Source: Candidatus Latescibacterota bacterium
GTDB lineage: Bacteria > Latescibacterota > UBA2968
Direction: 5' to 3'
DNA: 54,891 bases
Assembly (NCBI GenBank): GCA_022822565.1
Contig: JAJEAX010000417.1
Coordinates: 1-54,891, forward strand
Shown here: piece after piece, positions 9,665 through 21,957 of the stretch
How the letters are laid out: the number at the start of each line of letters is the position of its first letter
Numbering within the stretch: position 1 is the first letter of the stretch
Notes under the pieces: model-generated
Database searches by the model: none
Told to the model about the DNA's origin: nothing
The model's input: only the letters and a program-made list of their open reading frames with translations
Made by a program: the position numbers and the translations under genes

Positions 9665-10179
9665 TGCCCCCGTACAGAAACCAATTCGGATTCTTCTACA
9701 CCGCGCAATAGTGCAAACATTCTCGCATCTTTCAACCGTGTCAATCCCTCCATCGCGGCTTTAACAGCATTCTGGGGGTTTTGCGACCCCAATGACTTTG
9801 TCAACACATTTTGAACGCCAGCCAGTTCCAAAACCGCACGCACACCGCCTCCTGCAATAATACCCGTGCCGGGTGCGGCGGGTTTGAGCAAAACGCGAGA
9901 AGCGCCAAACTTTCCAATAATCTCGTGCGGCAATGTACCATCAACGACTGGCACGCGCACCAGATTCTTTTTTGCCTCATCAGCAGCTTTGCGAATAGCT
10001 TCAGAGACTTCGCCCGCTTTCCCCATCCCAATGCCTACAATACCTTTTTTATCACCAATTACACAAAGCGCGTTAAAAGCAAAACGCCGTCCACCTTTGC
10101 GAACGTGAGAGACCCGCTTAATGCTGTTGTTGATGACGATTTCCGTCAGATCTAAACCCGCGGCTTCAATTCTGCCCAA
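9661..10179 (-). CDS. rpsE: 30S ribosomal protein S5
   Basis: 172 aa. TTG start 6 nt after AAGGAG. Confidence 0.95.
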   Translation of the reverse strand: MGRIEAAGLDLTEIVINNSIKRVSHVRKGGRRFAFNALCVIGDKKGIVGIGMGKAGEVSEAIRKAADEAKKNLVRVPVVDGTLPHEIIGKFGASRVLLKPAAPGTGIIAGGGVRAVLELAGVQNVLTKSLGSQNPQNAVKAAMEGLTRLKDARMFALLRGVEESELVSVRGQ

Positions 10180-10195
10180 AATCGACTCCTTAACA

Positions 10196-10570
10196 TTAAA
10201 ATTTCAATCCGCCTTCGCGTGCACCTTCTGCCAATGCTTTGATACGGCCGTGATAGAGATAACCGGCACGGTCAAAAACAACCTGCGAAATTCCAGCTTC
10301 CTGCGCTATTACAGCCAGAGCTTTGCCCACCTCGCGACTCCTATTGCATTTGCCTTCAACAGTTTTTAACTGATCTTTGAGTTGCGGAGTATTTGAGGAT
10401 ATCCCCATTAGAGAACGTCCATTCACATCATCAATCAATTGCGCCTGAATATGTTTCAGGCTCCTAAAAATCGTCAGACGCGGGCGATCAGCCGTTCCCA
10501 GAAGTCTCTTTCTAATACGCATCTGACGGCGCTTGTGCATCTTTGTCTTTTTAATTTGCTTGTCTGCCAT
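10196..10570 (-). CDS. rplR: 50S ribosomal protein L18
   Basis: 124 aa. ...[16 protein letters not shown]... motif. Confidence 0.95.
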   Translation of the reverse strand: MADKQIKKTKMHKRRQMRIRKRLLGTADRPRLTIFRSLKHIQAQLIDDVNGRSLMGISSNTPQLKDQLKTVEGKCNRSREVGKALAVIAQEAGISQVVFDRAGYLYHGRIKALAEGAREGGLKF

Positions 10571-10586
10571 TAAACAACCTCAAAGT

Positions 10587-11153
10587 TTAAGCTACTGCGG
10601 CCTTGCCAGCCTTGCGCCTCACATATTCGCCGTTATAGCGGATACCTTTCCCCTTATAGGGTTCGGGAGGCCGAATACTTCGGATGTTCGCCGCTGTGCG
10701 TCCCACGAGTTCTTTGTCGGCCCCACTGACCTTAACCAGTGCCTGAGAATTTTCTATCTCAGAGGGCGGGGCATCGATACTAAATTCAATTCCCTGAGGT
10801 GCTTCAACCGTCACTGTATGGCTGAACCCCACGTTGATGTCCAAATTCTTCCCTTTCATATCTGCGCGATACCCCACCCCAACAACTACCAGTTGCTTCT
10901 CAAAACCAGCCGAAACGCCCTGAATAGCATTTGCCAATAAGGCACGCGTGAGACCCCAAATAGATTTGTGATGTCGATCTTCGGGATCTTGTACCGTAAC
11001 CGAAAGGGATTCGCCCTCTTGATTGACTTGAGTGAGCGGATGTAAAGGCACCTGTAAAGTCCCTTTAGGCCCTTTTATTTCCGCCTGTGTGTCCCCTAAT
11101 TGCACATTGACGCCACCTGGAACGTCAATCGGCTGTTGACCTATTCTCGACAC
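10587..11153 (-). CDS. rplF: 50S ribosomal protein L6
   Basis: GTG at 11153 lies 6 nt after GGAAGGAG and gives the VSRIGQQPIDVP N-terminus. The ORF-track start would overlap rpsH. Confidence 0.92.
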   Translation of the reverse strand: MSRIGQQPIDVPGGVNVQLGDTQAEIKGPKGTLQVPLHPLTQVNQEGESLSVTVQDPEDRHHKSIWGLTRALLANAIQGVSAGFEKQLVVVGVGYRADMKGKNLDINVGFSHTVTVEAPQGIEFSIDAPPSEIENSQALVKVSGADKELVGRTAANIRSIRPPEPYKGKGIRYNGEYVRRKAGKAAVA

Positions 11154-11173
11154 GATGCACTCCTTCCAGACCT

Positions 11174-11569
11174 CTACCAAATGCTGCAAATAACTTCACC
11201 ACCAACACCTTCTCGACGCGCAGTACGATCAGTCAAAACCCCTCGTGATGTCGATAAAATAGCGACACCTAATCCATTGAGTATTCGCGGGATTTCGTCT
11301 TTGCTCACATATTTTCGCAAACCGGGGCGACTTTCGCGCTTCACCCCTTGAATCGCGCTTTCCTCGTCGGAGCTGTATTTGAGATAAAGGCGTAAATAAC
11401 CCTGTCGGTTGTCATCAATATACGCATAATTGTGAACAAAACCGCTTTCTTTAAAAATACGGGCAATTTCGCGCTTCATCCTGGAACTCGGAATATCCAC
11501 TTTGCGATGTCCAGCGCGACATGCATTGCGCACACGCGTCAACATATCGGCTATTGGATCCGTCATCAT
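11174..11569 (-). CDS. rpsH: 30S ribosomal protein S8
   Basis: Start at the MMTDPIADMLTRVRNA methionines. The upstream extension would overlap the S14 gene. Confidence 0.92.
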   Translation of the reverse strand: MMTDPIADMLTRVRNACRAGHRKVDIPSSRMKREIARIFKESGFVHNYAYIDDNRQGYLRLYLKYSSDEESAIQGVKRESRPGLRKYVSKDEIPRILNGLGVAILSTSRGVLTDRTARREGVGGEVICSIW

Positions 11570-11586
11570 GTGTGCTTCCCCCTCAA

Positions 11587-11772
11587 TTACCAACTTGCTT
11601 TTGTCACGCCGGGAATCTCACCAGCGAGAGCCAACTCGCGAAAACATATACGGCAAATCCCAAATTTGCGCAAATAACCACGTGGCCTGCCGCACCTGTG
11701 ACATCGGTTATAGCGTCGGACCGCAAATTTCTGTTTGCGCTTTGCTTTGGCAATCATAGACTTTTTAGCCAT
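11587..11772 (-). CDS. rpsZ: 30S ribosomal protein S14, zinc-binding type Z
   Basis: 61 aa. [23 protein letters not shown]. Confidence 0.95.
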   Translation of the reverse strand: MAKKSMIAKAKRKQKFAVRRYNRCHRCGRPRGYLRKFGICRICFRELALAGEIPGVTKASW

Positions 11773-11803
11773 ATTAAACCTGACCTCGTGTTAATTCTTT
11801 TAT

Positions 11804-12352
11804 TCAATCTTGATTTTGAAACGGCATGCCCATTCCGTTGAGCAGTTCAAAAGCCTCTTCATCGGTAGAGGCCGTGGTGACCAGAGTCACATCAAGGCCG
11901 CGAATTTTATCGATCTGATCGTAGTCAATTTCGGGAAAAATAATCTGTTCTTGAATGCCGAGCGTATAGTTGCCTCGCCCATCAAATGAGCGTATTGAAA
12001 GGCCGCGAAAGTCGCGAATACGCGGCACAGAAAAATTAAAAAATCGATCGATAAATTCGTACATACGAGATCTGCGAAGGGTGACAGCACAGCCAATGGG
12101 TACACCCTGTCGCAGCTTAAAATTTGAAACGGCTTTTCTCGCCCTGCGAATGGAGGGACGCTGTCCTGCAATGCGGGTCAAATCTTCAACAGCATTTTCG
12201 ATGACCCTGGCATTGAGGACGGCTTCACCAACGCCCATGTTTAAAACAACCTTTTCTAATTTGGGTACCTGCATGCGATTTTTATACCCAAACCGCTGGA
12301 TGAGCGCAGGTACAACTTCATTTTCGTAGTATTCTTGTAATCGGGTTGCCAT
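11804..12352 (-). CDS. rplE: 50S ribosomal protein L5
   Basis: Internal ATG ([14 protein letters not shown]) preceded by GAGGA. The longer ORF would overlap rplX. Confidence 0.93.
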   Translation of the reverse strand: MATRLQEYYENEVVPALIQRFGYKNRMQVPKLEKVVLNMGVGEAVLNARVIENAVEDLTRIAGQRPSIRRARKAVSNFKLRQGVPIGCAVTLRRSRMYEFIDRFFNFSVPRIRDFRGLSIRSFDGRGNYTLGIQEQIIFPEIDYDQIDKIRGLDVTLVTTASTDEEAFELLNGMGMPFQNQD

Positions 12353-12362
12353 GTCGTCCTCG

Positions 12363-12683
12363 TTATTCAGCTTCGGGAATTTGCTCACCACTTTTTTGAG
12401 CAATTCGCACACGCGCTCCGTCTTCAAGGCGTTGAATGCGAATCCTAGTCCGCTCATCGGTTTGCGGATCGACGATCATGAGATTGGACACATGCAAGGG
12501 TGCTTCCTTTTCCACAATACCGCCTTGCTGATTATTGGGATTGGGTCGCGTATGGCGCTTGACATTGTTAATCCCTTCCACCAGCACGCGTTTTTTCTTT
12601 GGCCATACATTCAAAACGCGCCCGCGTTGACCAGTATAAACACCGCTTATCACTTCAACTTGATCACCCTTGCGTATCTTCAT
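12363..12683 (-). CDS. rplX: 50S ribosomal protein L24
   Basis: 106 aa. [17 protein letters not shown] motif. Confidence 0.95.
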   Translation of the reverse strand: MKIRKGDQVEVISGVYTGQRGRVLNVWPKKKRVLVEGINNVKRHTRPNPNNQQGGIVEKEAPLHVSNLMIVDPQTDERTRIRIQRLEDGARVRIAQKSGEQIPEAE

Positions 12684-12706
12684 CTCAACACACTTACCTT
12701 TCTTTC

Positions 12707-13075
12707 TTATATCACTTCAGGTGCCAAAGATACAATGCGCATAAATCGCCTCTCGCGCAACTCTCGGGCGACAGGTCCAAATATGCGCGTCCCTCGAAGT
12801 TCGCCCTCTTCGCTGATCAAAACGGCAGCGTTGTCATCAAATCGAATATAGGACCCATCTGCCCTTCGCGTCTCTTTCTTTGTGCGGACAATCACGGCAC
12901 GAGTAACATCACCGCGCTTTACACCGCTGTTTGGCTGTGCATCTTTAACTGAAACCACAACAGTATCACCGAGTTTGGCATACTTGCGTTTGGTGCCCCC
13001 TAAAATGCGAAAGCACATCACCTTTCGGGCTCCTGTATTATCCGCGCAATTTAATACCGAATATTCCTGGACCAT
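12707..13075 (-). CDS. rplN: 50S ribosomal protein L14
   Basis: 122 aa. [16 protein letters not shown]. Confidence 0.96.
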   Translation of the reverse strand: MVQEYSVLNCADNTGARKVMCFRILGGTKRKYAKLGDTVVVSVKDAQPNSGVKRGDVTRAVIVRTKKETRRADGSYIRFDDNAAVLISEEGELRGTRIFGPVARELRERRFMRIVSLAPEVI

Positions 13076-13086
13076 GTTTTCTCCGC

Positions 13087-13347
13087 CTAATGCGCCTTTT
13101 TGATAATTTCCACCAACCGCCAGCGTTTGGTCTTACTCAAAGGCCGCGTTTCAACAACCATCACTTCATCACCAGTTCTGGCTTCATTGCTCTCATCATG
13201 TGCTGCCAATTTTGAACGTCTTTGCATAACTTTTCCATAAAGGGGGTGTGGCACCTGCCGCCGTACCTCAACGACAATTGTTTTATTAGATTTGTCGCTG
13301 ACTACCAGCCCTACACGTGTTTTGCGATGTCTGCGAGTTTCCACCAT
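13087..13347 (-). CDS. rpsQ: 30S ribosomal protein S17
   Basis: 86 aa. ...[16 protein letters not shown]... Confidence 0.95.
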   Translation of the reverse strand: MVETRRHRKTRVGLVVSDKSNKTIVVEVRRQVPHPLYGKVMQRRSKLAAHDESNEARTGDEVMVVETRPLSKTKRWRLVEIIKKAH

Positions 13348-13367
13348 ACAGCAATTCTCCTTAAAAA

Positions 13368-13580
13368 TTACGCATTGGGAAGTTCGCGAATACCCAACTC
13401 GTGTTCGCGCAACACGGTTTTTAGCCGAGCGAGATCCCTACAAGCATCTCGAAACGCAATTGGATTATCGAGCTGACGCGTAGCCAACTGAATGCGAAGA
13501 TTCACAAGTTCATCTTCCTGTTCAGCAATTCTTTCCCTTACATCGCTTGCGGTTAGATCTCGAATTTCATTCGGTTTCAT
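13368..13580 (-). CDS. rpmC: 50S ribosomal protein L29
   Basis: 70 aa. ATGA overlap with the rplP stop. Confidence 0.93.
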   Translation of the reverse strand: MKPNEIRDLTASDVRERIAEQEDELVNLRIQLATRQLDNPIAFRDACRDLARLKTVLREHELGIRELPNA

Positions 13581-13993
13581 TCGTGCCCCCCGCGTTCTAC
13601 AAAGCGGACTTTAATGGGCAATTTCTGGCCGGCCAATTTGATTGCGCGTCGCGCGCTTTCGCGCGGCACGCCCTCAATTTCAAACATGATCCGCCCGGGT
13701 TTGATGACTGCTACCCAGTATTCGGGATTGCCTTTGCCTTTTCCCATCCGGGTCTCTGCCGGCTTAACCGTAAGGGGTTTATCTGGAAAAACGCGAATCC
13801 AAATTTTCCCACCGCGTCTCAATGCTTTGGAAATCGCCACGCGGGCAGCTTCGATCTGTCTGTTGGTAATCCATCCCGGTTCAAGGGCCTGCAAACCGTA
13901 TTCGCCAAAAGAAATATTAGCCCCTCGAGAGGCCATACCTTTGCGACGCCCCCTCTGCTGCTTTCTCCATTTAACCCGTTTTGGCATTAACAT
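13577..13993 (-). CDS. rplP: 50S ribosomal protein L16
   Basis: 138 aa. [15 protein letters not shown]. Confidence 0.96.
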   Translation of the reverse strand: MLMPKRVKWRKQQRGRRKGMASRGANISFGEYGLQALEPGWITNRQIEAARVAISKALRRGGKIWIRVFPDKPLTVKPAETRMGKGKGNPEYWVAVIKPGRIMFEIEGVPRESARRAIKLAGQKLPIKVRFVERGGHE

Positions 13994-14015
13994 AATAGCG
14001 CTCCTGTCCCTACGC

Positions 14016-14663
14016 TTAAGTTGCCAGGACGTCCTGGCCCATTTTTTCCCCGTGACAGATCCAAACTTTTACCCCTACAGTACCCGAGGTTGTATAAGCA
14101 GTAGATCTGGCATAGTCTATGTCAGCGCGAAGTGTATGGAGTGGAACGCGCCCTGCAGGCTCTGATTTTTCAACGCGAGACATTTCCGCTCCACCAAGAC
14201 GGCCTCCACACACAACTTTAATCCCTTCAGCCCCCATGCGCACCGCCGAAGCAACGGCTTTTTTCATTGCGCGGCGAAATGAGACGCGTTGCTCGAGTTG
14301 TCGGGAGATATTATCAGCGACGAGTTGGGCGTTGAGTTCCGGTCGCTTAATTTCGTTAATGTTGATATAAATTTCTTTACCTGTCAGATGCTTTAACTCA
14401 TCTCTCAATTTATCGACCTCTGCGCCTTTACGCCCAATTACAATCCCAGGACGAGCAGTGTGAATCGAAATTGTCACCCGCTTAGGCGCACGATCAATGT
14501 CTATTTGTGCGACGCTCGCTCGCTGCAGACGGCTGGTAATATATCGTCTGAGCATGAGGTCTTCTTGAAGCAGGCTGGCAAAATCGCGATTGGCAAACCA
14601 GCGCGAGCGCCAATCTTTGACAATCCCTAACCTCACTCCGATTGGATGCGTTTTCTGGCCCAA
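14016..14663 (-). CDS. rpsC: 30S ribosomal protein S3
   Basis: 215 aa. [16 protein letters not shown] start 6 nt after AGGAG. Confidence 0.96.
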   Translation of the reverse strand: MGQKTHPIGVRLGIVKDWRSRWFANRDFASLLQEDLMLRRYITSRLQRASVAQIDIDRAPKRVTISIHTARPGIVIGRKGAEVDKLRDELKHLTGKEIYININEIKRPELNAQLVADNISRQLEQRVSFRRAMKKAVASAVRMGAEGIKVVCGGRLGGAEMSRVEKSEPAGRVPLHTLRADIDYARSTAYTTSGTVGVKVWICHGEKMGQDVLAT

Positions 14664-14672
14664 AGTGATCTC

Positions 14673-15014
14673 CTATTCCTCGTCTGAAACAACCAGCGTT
14701 ATGTGGCTATATCGCTTGCGAATCATACCGGCAGCACCACGTGGCTGAGGACGCAACCGCTTTAACGCGATACCTCCATCAACAAATGCTTCTTTCACAA
14801 AGAGCGCGTCTTCAACCGCGGATTCTTCTTCGCGGTTGATCGCATTTGCAACCGCGGATTGCAAGGTGCGCTCTACTACACGCGCGGCCTTCTTAGGTGT
14901 AAATTGAAGGATGTGGAACGCTTCTTCCACATCTTTACCCCGCACGAGATCAACCACCTGTCGTACCTTGCGCGGTGAAATTCTTGAATAGCGCAATATC
15001 GCCCGAGCTTCCAT
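14673..15014 (-). CDS. rplV: 50S ribosomal protein L22
   Basis: 113 aa. ...RISPRKVRQVVDLVRGK... Confidence 0.95.
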   Translation of the reverse strand: MEARAILRYSRISPRKVRQVVDLVRGKDVEEAFHILQFTPKKAARVVERTLQSAVANAINREEESAVEDALFVKEAFVDGGIALKRLRPQPRGAAGMIRKRYSHITLVVSDEE

Positions 15015-15036
15015 TTAAAATTCCCGTCTCAAAATA

Positions 15037-15327
15037 TCATTGCAAAGAAGTGGCGCGTTCAGTAGATCGTCCCGCGCGTGCGCCCCGATGCGTACGCGTG
15101 GGGGCAAATTCACCGAGTTTGTGTCCCACCATGTTTTCTGTAATATAAACGGGGATAAATTTATTTCCATTGTGTACAGCCAGTGTATGGCCAACAAATT
15201 CTGGCGCGATTGTCGATCGTCTCGCCCATGTCTGAATAACCCGTTTATTACCAGCTTTATTCATCTGCTCGATCTTTTTTATGAGACTCGGCTCAATAAA
15301 AGGCCCTTTTTTAATTGACCGTGCCAT
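15037..15327 (-). CDS. rpsS: 30S ribosomal protein S19
   Basis: 96 aa. [15 protein letters not shown]. Confidence 0.96.
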   Translation of the reverse strand: MARSIKKGPFIEPSLIKKIEQMNKAGNKRVIQTWARRSTIAPEFVGHTLAVHNGNKFIPVYITENMVGHKLGEFAPTRTHRGARAGRSTERATSLQ

Positions 15328-15343
15328 AAAATAATACTCCTGA

Positions 15344-16168
15344 TTACTTGCGTCGCTGAATGATCATTTGGTCAGATTTATTTTTCTTTTTTCGCGTTTT
15401 ATATCCTTTTGTGGGTTGCCCCCAGGGCGTCACTGGATGCCTGCCGCCTGTTGCCCGACCTTCTCCACCACCGTGAGGATGATCAATTGGGTTCATAGCA
15501 ACACCACGCACTTTTGGACGTTTGCCCAACCAGCGAGTCCGTCCCGCTTTTCCGACAACGACATTTTCATGCTCTAAATTGCCGACCTGCCCAATGGTCG
15601 CATAACACGATACCAAGACCTGCCGACGCTCGCCAGAAGGCAGACGAAGAGTTGCAAAATTGCCTTCTTTAGCCATCACCTGAATTTCAGCACCCGCCGA
15701 GCGACCAATTTGTCCGCCTTTTCCTGGCTTGAGTTCTACATTGTGCACATTGCTACCCAAAGGAATATTCGCCAGAGGAAGCGCGTTGCCAGAGCGAATC
15801 TCTGCATCTGCACCAGAGGCGACCTCATCGCCAACACTTAAGCCAATAGGTGCCAAAATATAGCGTTTTTCACCATCGACATAATGCAAGAGTGCAATGC
15901 GTGCCGATCGATTTGGATCGTACTCAATGCTATGCACAATTGCAGACACACCGACTTTATCGCGCTTGAAATCAATTCGACGATACTGGCGCCGATGCCC
16001 GCCACCGCGACGACGGCTCGTGATACGCCCCCGATTATTGCGTCCCCCAGATTTTTTATTGGGTTCAACAAGTGATTTCTCAGGTGTATTTTTGGTAATC
16101 TCTTCAAAAGAAGAGACTGTCTTAAATCGCAACGAAGGCGTTAATGGGCGAAACTTCTTGACCGGCAT
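15344..16168 (-). CDS. rplB: 50S ribosomal protein L2
   Basis: 274 aa. ...[13 protein letters not shown]... Confidence 0.97.
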   Translation of the reverse strand: MPVKKFRPLTPSLRFKTVSSFEEITKNTPEKSLVEPNKKSGGRNNRGRITSRRRGGGHRRQYRRIDFKRDKVGVSAIVHSIEYDPNRSARIALLHYVDGEKRYILAPIGLSVGDEVASGADAEIRSGNALPLANIPLGSNVHNVELKPGKGGQIGRSAGAEIQVMAKEGNFATLRLPSGERRQVLVSCYATIGQVGNLEHENVVVGKAGRTRWLGKRPKVRGVAMNPIDHPHGGGEGRATGGRHPVTPWGQPTKGYKTRKKKNKSDQMIIQRRK

Positions 16169-16173
16169 GAGAT

Positions 16174-16449
16174 TTATCCTTCAAAGAAGTCGATGCTGTG
16201 TCCATCGGCAAGGGTGACAACGGCCTTTTTCCAGTTGGAACGACGGCCCTGAAATCGTCCAAGTCGTTTGATCTTACCGTGTACTGTGCTCGTATTGACT
16301 TTTACGACCTCGACCTCAAACATAGCTTCAACCGCACGCTGGATATCGACTTTGTTTGCACCGCGGAGAACTTCAAATACATATTTATTCTGACTTTCTT
16401 GCAAATTAGAAGCCCGCTCTGTAATAACGGGACGCCGAATAATCTGCAT
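16174..16449 (-). CDS. rplW: 50S ribosomal protein L23
   Basis: Internal ATG ([13 protein letters not shown]) just after the rplD stop. The longer ORF would overlap rplD. Confidence 0.92.
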   Translation of the reverse strand: MQIIRRPVITERASNLQESQNKYVFEVLRGANKVDIQRAVEAMFEVEVVKVNTSTVHGKIKRLGRFQGRRSNWKKAVVTLADGHSIDFFEG

Positions 16450-16457
16450 AGAATTTT

Positions 16458-17090
16458 TCACGAGGCCCCCCACAGAGCTTGAATGCGAGAAACTGCGCCG
16501 CATGTGAGAACAAGAACATCGGCATTGACCACATCATAAGTGGAAACTTGCGAAACGGGTAATACGGAAAGTCTGGGGATATTCCGACAAGATTTGACGG
16601 TATTTTCAGCAACACCATCTGTCAAGAGCAATATCTTTTGTCCCTGAATTTCAAACATTTGTGTCATCTGTGCCATTCGCTTTGTTTTTGGCTCCTCAAG
16701 CTCAAAGTCTTCCAGGACAGATATGGATCCGCCGAGTGCTTTTTGCGAAAATGCCGAGCGTATAGCCAGTTTTTTGACCTTCCTGGGCACCCGTTCCTGA
16801 AAATGCCTCGGTCTGGGACCATGGGCTATCCCACCGCCGATCAAAATAGGCGACCCAGCAGTGCCCTTACGAGCGCGACCTGTGCCTTTTTGTCGATACA
16901 TCTTCCGTTTTGTCCGATTGACTTCTGAGCGAGTTTTTGTCGAGGCATTGCCCTGCCGCTGATTGGTCAAATACGCTTTAACAACATAATAGATTGCGTC
17001 AGCCGATGGTTCAATTCCAAAAACTGTTTCGGGTAGCTCCATCGAGCCAACTTCTTCACCTTCAAGATTGCAAACATCAACAGATGCCAT
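16458..17090 (-). CDS. rplD: 50S ribosomal protein L4
   Basis: 210 aa. ...YRQKGTGRARKG... Confidence 0.95.
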   Translation of the reverse strand: MASVDVCNLEGEEVGSMELPETVFGIEPSADAIYYVVKAYLTNQRQGNASTKTRSEVNRTKRKMYRQKGTGRARKGTAGSPILIGGGIAHGPRPRHFQERVPRKVKKLAIRSAFSQKALGGSISVLEDFELEEPKTKRMAQMTQMFEIQGQKILLLTDGVAENTVKSCRNIPRLSVLPVSQVSTYDVVNADVLVLTCGAVSRIQALWGAS

Positions 17091-17107
17091 AATAGCCTTA
17101 CCTCAAA

Positions 17108-17731
17108 TCAGTTGCGCTTCTCAATAACAACAGGAGCTCCCTTACCGCCTGGCACGGCACCTTTTAAGAGGAGCAAGTTTTGATCGGTATCTACACTCAC
17201 GACCTTTAAGCCCCGAACAGTTACCCGCTCGTCACCCATATGGCCTGCCATGCGCATCCCCTTAAACACCCGTGAAGGATTCGAGCTTTGACCTATTGAA
17301 CCAGGCGCGCGATGCCGGTCTGATTGTCCATGGGTTTTGGGGCCACCTCTGAATCCGTGACGCTTGACACCGCCCTGAAATCCACGACCTTTTGATCGGG
17401 CAGTGATATCGACTACCTCGCCTGCCTCAAACATACTGACATTGAGCGTCTCGCCTATAGCATATTCGGAGACATCATCAACGCGAAATTCTGCAAGACC
17501 TCGATGGGGATTAACACCTGCCTTCTTGAAAACCCCCTGATCCGCGCGGTTTAGCCGATTGGACCGAATCTCATCATATCCAATTCTCAAAGCCAAATAC
17601 CCATCCGAATCCCTATTTTTAATCTGGACAATAGGACACGGAACAACTTCGAGAACTGTGACAGGCACCAGCATTTCTGCGTCATCAAATGCCTGAGTCA
17701 TACCGATTTTTTTTCCGATCAATCCCAGCAC
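17108..17731 (-). CDS. rplC: 50S ribosomal protein L3
   Basis: 207 aa. LGLIGKKIGMTQAF. GTG start. Confidence 0.96.
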   Translation of the reverse strand: MLGLIGKKIGMTQAFDDAEMLVPVTVLEVVPCPIVQIKNRDSDGYLALRIGYDEIRSNRLNRADQGVFKKAGVNPHRGLAEFRVDDVSEYAIGETLNVSMFEAGEVVDITARSKGRGFQGGVKRHGFRGGPKTHGQSDRHRAPGSIGQSSNPSRVFKGMRMAGHMGDERVTVRGLKVVSVDTDQNLLLLKGAVPGGKGAPVVIEKRN

Positions 17732-17733
17732 GA

Positions 17734-18042
17734 TTACACCTTGATTTCAATATCGATACCCGCAGGTAGATCCAGTTTCATCAGGGCATCTACCGTTTGG
17801 GGTGTTGAGTTGTGAATGTCGATAAGGCGCTTGTGTACGCGCATTTCAAACTGCTCACGCGCTTTTTTATCGACATGTGGAGATCGCAATACTGTATAGA
17901 GCGAACGCCGCGTCGGCAGAGGAATGGGGCCTGATATGAGCGCCCCAGTCCGTTTTGCTGTCCGAACAATTTCTTCAGCGGAACGATCCAGTGCATTGTG
18001 GTTGTATGCTTTTAGTCTAATTCTAATTTTTTGTGCAGGCAC
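17734..18042 (-). CDS. rpsJ: 30S ribosomal protein S10
   Basis: 102 aa. ...[12 protein letters not shown]... GTG start. Confidence 0.96.
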   Translation of the reverse strand: MPAQKIRIRLKAYNHNALDRSAEEIVRTAKRTGALISGPIPLPTRRSLYTVLRSPHVDKKAREQFEMRVHKRLIDIHNSTPQTVDALMKLDLPAGIDIEIKV

Positions 18043-18062
18043 AGGGCTTCCCTTTGCGGTTC

Positions 18063-19256
18063 TTATTCAACAATTTCAGTAATCACACCCGAGCCAATGG
18101 TTCGACCACCTTCCCGCACGGCAAATCGCAGTTCGGTTTCCATAGCGATTGGCGTAAGCAGTTCCACAGACATGGTCACATTATCGCCGGGCATCACCAT
18201 TTCTACGCCTTCGGGCAACTCTACCTTGCCAGTCACATCCGTTGTGCGAAAATAGAACTGGGGTTGATAGCCGGTAAAGAAGGGCTTGCTCCGCCCCCCC
18301 TCTTTATCTGTCAGCACATAAACTTCGCCTTTAAACTTTCTGTGGGGGGTCACTGAACCTGGCTTGGCAACCACCATGCCGCGTTCAAGATCCTCTTTGT
18401 CAACACCGCGAAGCAACAAACCGACATTGTCACCAGCCCTGCCCTCATCCAGCAGTTTGCGGAACATTTCCACGCCCGTAACTGTTGTCTTGCGACTTTC
18501 GCGAATGCCCACAATCTCAACTTCCTCACTGACATTGACCACACCGCGTTCAATGCGCCCAGTACCTACAGTACCTCGCCCAGTAATCGTAAACACATCC
18601 TCAACTGGCATCAAAAAATCTTTGTCAATCTCGCGCACAGGCTCTGGAATATTTTCATCTACGGCTTCCATCAGCTCCCAGATACAGGCACAATCTTCGG
18701 AATCGGGATCGTCAGACTCTAAAGCTTTGAGAGCAGATCCCTGAATCACTGGCACATCATCACCGGGAAAGTCGTATTGATCCAACAACTCGCGGACTTC
18801 CAGATCGACCAGTTCGAGCAATTCTTCATCATCGACCATATCGACTTTATTCATAAATACCACGATAGAAGGCACATTAACCTGGCGTGAAAGCAGAATA
18901 TGCTCACGCGTCTGAATCATGGGACCATCTGCGGCACTAACGACCAGAATCGCGCCATCCATCTGCGCGGCACCCGTGATCATGTTCTTCACATAGTCAG
19001 CATGTCCGGGACAATCTACGTGGGCATAGTGCCGATTTTCTGTCTGGTACTCCACATGGGCCGTATTAATGGTGATTCCACGCTCTTTTTCTTCGGGTGC
19101 TTTGTCAATGTCATCAAAGGGCATAAAATCGGCAAGTCCCTTGGCTGCCAGCGTCTTGGTAATAGCGGCAGTCAGCGTGGTTTTACCGTGATCGACATGC
19201 CCAATTGTGCCGATGTTGACATGAGGTTTGTCCCGTTCAAATTTTTCCTTCGCCAT
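18063..19256 (-). CDS. tuf: elongation factor Tu
   Basis: 397 aa. [18 protein letters not shown] and NKVD G-motifs. Confidence 0.98.
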   Translation of the reverse strand: MAKEKFERDKPHVNIGTIGHVDHGKTTLTAAITKTLAAKGLADFMPFDDIDKAPEEKERGITINTAHVEYQTENRHYAHVDCPGHADYVKNMITGAAQMDGAILVVSAADGPMIQTREHILLSRQVNVPSIVVFMNKVDMVDDEELLELVDLEVRELLDQYDFPGDDVPVIQGSALKALESDDPDSEDCACIWELMEAVDENIPEPVREIDKDFLMPVEDVFTITGRGTVGTGRIERGVVNVSEEVEIVGIRESRKTTVTGVEMFRKLLDEGRAGDNVGLLLRGVDKEDLERGMVVAKPGSVTPHRKFKGEVYVLTDKEGGRSKPFFTGYQPQFYFRTTDVTGKVELPEGVEMVMPGDNVTMSVELLTPIAMETELRFAVREGGRTIGSGVITEIVE

Positions 19257-19301
19257 ATTTTCCTCCTAAAAAGATCGAACGAAAGTAAAAAACGCGTTCG
19301 C

Positions 19302-21395
19302 TTAAGTTGCAAATACATTGACTGAAGAGAGAATGTCTTCAGCGATGCTCTGCGGCATTTCCTCAAATTTGGAAAATTCCATTGAATAAATCGCGCGGCC
19401 CTGTGTGATAGACCGCAACTTTGTTGCATAACCAAACATTTCACTCAGCGGCACAGTAGCCGAGATGACCTGTGCATCGGGGCGGTTGACAATGCCTACA
19501 ATATGCCCTCGACGCGCATTCAAGTCACCCATAACATCGCCCATATAATCTTCGGGCACAACGACTTCCACATCAAAAACAGGTTCCATAAGATAAGTTT
19601 TAGCCCTTCTGGCAGCCTCTTGAAAAGCCATTGAACCTGCAATCTTGAAGGCTATTTCAGAAGAATCAACATCGTGGTAGGAACCGTCAAACAATTCGAC
19701 TTTGACGTCATCTATTGGATATCCCGCTAAGACTCCCCCCATCATCGCTTCCTGAATTCCCGCACGTACGGCAGAGATATATTCAGACGGAATTGCACCA
19801 CCTGTAATTTTGTTCTCAAAAACAAGTCCCTTACCAGACTCACCGGGCTCCAGATTGATAACAACATGGCCGTATTGACCACGACCACCACTTTGGCGGA
19901 CAAAACGCCCGTGAATATTTTGAACAGCGTTGCGGATGGCCTCTTTGTAAGTGACCTGTGGTTTGCCAACATTGGCCTCAACCCTGAATTCGCGCTTGAG
20001 GCGATCTACAATAATCTCCAGATGCAATTCGCCCATTCCCGAAATAATGGTCTGTCCGGTGTCGGGATCAACAGCTACGTGAAAAGTCGGGTCTTCTTCG
20101 GTCAACTTGCTCAATGCGACGCCAAGCTGATCCTGATCGGCCTTGGTTTTTGGCTCAATTGCCACAGAAATTACGGGCTTGGCAAACTCCATTGCTTCCA
20201 GTATCACAGGTTCTTTTTCCTCGCACAGCGTCTCTCCTGTTGCCGTGTCTTTTAGCCCAACAACAGCTGCGATATCACCCGCGAACACCGCATCAATCTC
20301 TTCCCTCTTATCCGCGTGCATTCGCAACATACGTCCGATGCGCTCGCGTTTGCCCTTGTTGGCATTGAGAACATAAGAACCTTTATTTAGCTGACCTGAA
20401 TATACGCGGAAGTAAGTCAACCGCCCAACATAAGGATCTGTCATCACCTTAAAAGCCAAAGCCGCAAAAGGTACTTCGACGGAAACCGGACGAGAGACCC
20501 CAATGTCGAAATTTTTGAGATCGTGTCCCACAATTTCCGGCACATCATGAGGCGAGGGCAAATATGCGACAATAGCATCTAACAAACGCTGCACGCCTTT
20601 ATTCTTAAAAGCCGACCCACAAAGCACAGGCACAGCAGCACTGTTGATTACAGCCTGGCGCAAAGCAGATCTAATCTCATCTTCGCTGATATCTTCACCT
20701 TCGAGAAATTTTTCCATCAAGGTATCGTCAAAATCTGACACAGCTTCCAGCAATTGCTCGCGGCCTTCATAGGCGCGTTCTGCCAGATCGTTTGGAATAC
20801 TATCTTCCGTAAACCTGGTGCCTAAAGAATCATCCTCGTATGTCACGAGCTTCATCTTGATCAAATCAATCAAGCCCGTAAACATCTCCCCAGCCCCCAC
20901 GGGCAACTGAACGGGAACAAAATTGGACGCCAACCTTTCGCGCATCATTTCCACTACGCGGTCAAAATCGGCACCCGTGCGATCCATTTTGTTGATAAAT
21001 GCAATCCGGGGGACGGAATATTTATCGGCCTGACGCCAGACAGTTTCCGATTGGGGTTCAACACCTCCAACCGCGCAAAACAGCCCTACAGCACCATCTA
21101 AAACGCGCAATGACCGCTCGACTTCGGCAGTAAAATCAACATGCCCTGGCGTATCGATAATATTGATGCGATGGTCATCCCAAAAACACGTTGTAGCCGC
21201 CGACGTAATGGTAATACCACGCTCGCGCTCTTGAGCCATCCAGTCCATGGTGGCCGCACCATCGTGCACCTCCCCCATCCTGCGCAAAATGCCCGTATAA
21301 TAGAGAATTCGCTCGGTTGTGGTGGTTTTGCCTGCGTCAATGTGCGCCATAATTCCGATATTTCGGGTGCGCTCTAAGTCGTATTTTTTTGCCAT
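19302..21395 (-). CDS. fusA: elongation factor G
   Basis: About 697 aa. AHIDAGKTT. Start taken at the ATG at 21395 ([14 protein letters not shown]), because the ORF-track start is a GTG abutting the rpsG stop. Confidence 0.96.
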   Translation of the reverse strand: MAKKYDLERTRNIGIMAHIDAGKTTTTERILYYTGILRRMGEVHDGAATMDWMAQERERGITITSAATTCFWDDHRINIIDTPGHVDFTAEVERSLRVLDGAVGLFCAVGGVEPQSETVWRQADKYSVPRIAFINKMDRTGADFDRVVEMMRERLASNFVPVQLPVGAGEMFTGLIDLIKMKLVTYEDDSLGTRFTEDSIPNDLAERAYEGREQLLEAVSDFDDTLMEKFLEGEDISEDEIRSALRQAVINSAAVPVLCGSAFKNKGVQRLLDAIVAYLPSPHDVPEIVGHDLKNFDIGVSRPVSVEVPFAALAFKVMTDPYVGRLTYFRVYSGQLNKGSYVLNANKGKRERIGRMLRMHADKREEIDAVFAGDIAAVVGLKDTATGETLCEEKEPVILEAMEFAKPVISVAIEPKTKADQDQLGVALSKLTEEDPTFHVAVDPDTGQTIISGMGELHLEIIVDRLKREFRVEANVGKPQVTYKEAIRNAVQNIHGRFVRQSGGRGQYGHVVINLEPGESGKGLVFENKITGGAIPSEYISAVRAGIQEAMMGGVLAGYPIDDVKVELFDGSYHDVDSSEIAFKIAGSMAFQEAARRAKTYLMEPVFDVEVVVPEDYMGDVMGDLNARRGHIVGIVNRPDAQVISATVPLSEMFGYATKLRSITQGRAIYSMEFSKFEEMPQSIAEDILSSVNVFAT

Positions 21396-21404
21396 CTTAT
21401 TCAC

Positions 21405-21872
21405 TTACCAGCGATAATGCGCAAATGCGCGATTAGCTTCTGCCATGCGATGCGTTTCTTCTCGTCGCTGCATTGCACGTCCTTGTCCGTTTGCTGCATC
21501 CACAAATTCACCGGCCAGACGCTGAGCCATCGTCTTTTCGCTCCGTTCTCTGGCAAATAAAATCAACCAGCGAATAGACAGCGCAAGACGTTCATCGGGA
21601 CGGACTTCTTCTGGCACCTGGTAAGTCGCACCACCGACGCGGCGCGACCTCACCTTGACGACAGGTTTGACATTGTCAAGTGCTTTTTCAAAAGTCTCTA
21701 AACCGGAATTTCCACTTCGCGCTTCAACCAAATCGAGCGCTTCGTAAAAAATTTGCTCCCCAACACTCTTTTTGCCCTTGCGAAACAAGCAGTTGACAAA
21801 ACGCGTCACCAACAGACTGCTGTATTTGGGATCTGGAGCCAGATGTCGTTTTTCCGCTCGCCGTTTTCGCAT
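21405..21872 (-). CDS. rpsG: 30S ribosomal protein S7
   Basis: 155 aa. Ends ...RAFAHYRW. Confidence 0.96.
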   Translation of the reverse strand: MRKRRAEKRHLAPDPKYSSLLVTRFVNCLFRKGKKSVGEQIFYEALDLVEARSGNSGLETFEKALDNVKPVVKVRSRRVGGATYQVPEEVRPDERLALSIRWLILFARERSEKTMAQRLAGEFVDAANGQGRAMQRREETHRMAEANRAFAHYRW

Positions 21873-21899
21873 ATCGGGATATACCTTTTTTTACAGTAA

Positions 21900-21929
21900 G
21901 GGGGATACACCACCAAGGTGGTATCCCCC
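21900..21929 (-). promoter_or_regulatory. strong stem-loop in the rpsL-rpsG intercistronic region
   Basis: mRNA sense GGGGGAUAC...GUAUCCCCC (9 bp) extended by about 3 further pairs. No T-tract follows. Confidence 0.4.
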
Positions 21930-21957
21930 ATGTTTATCGAATAATAGGCACTTGGGA

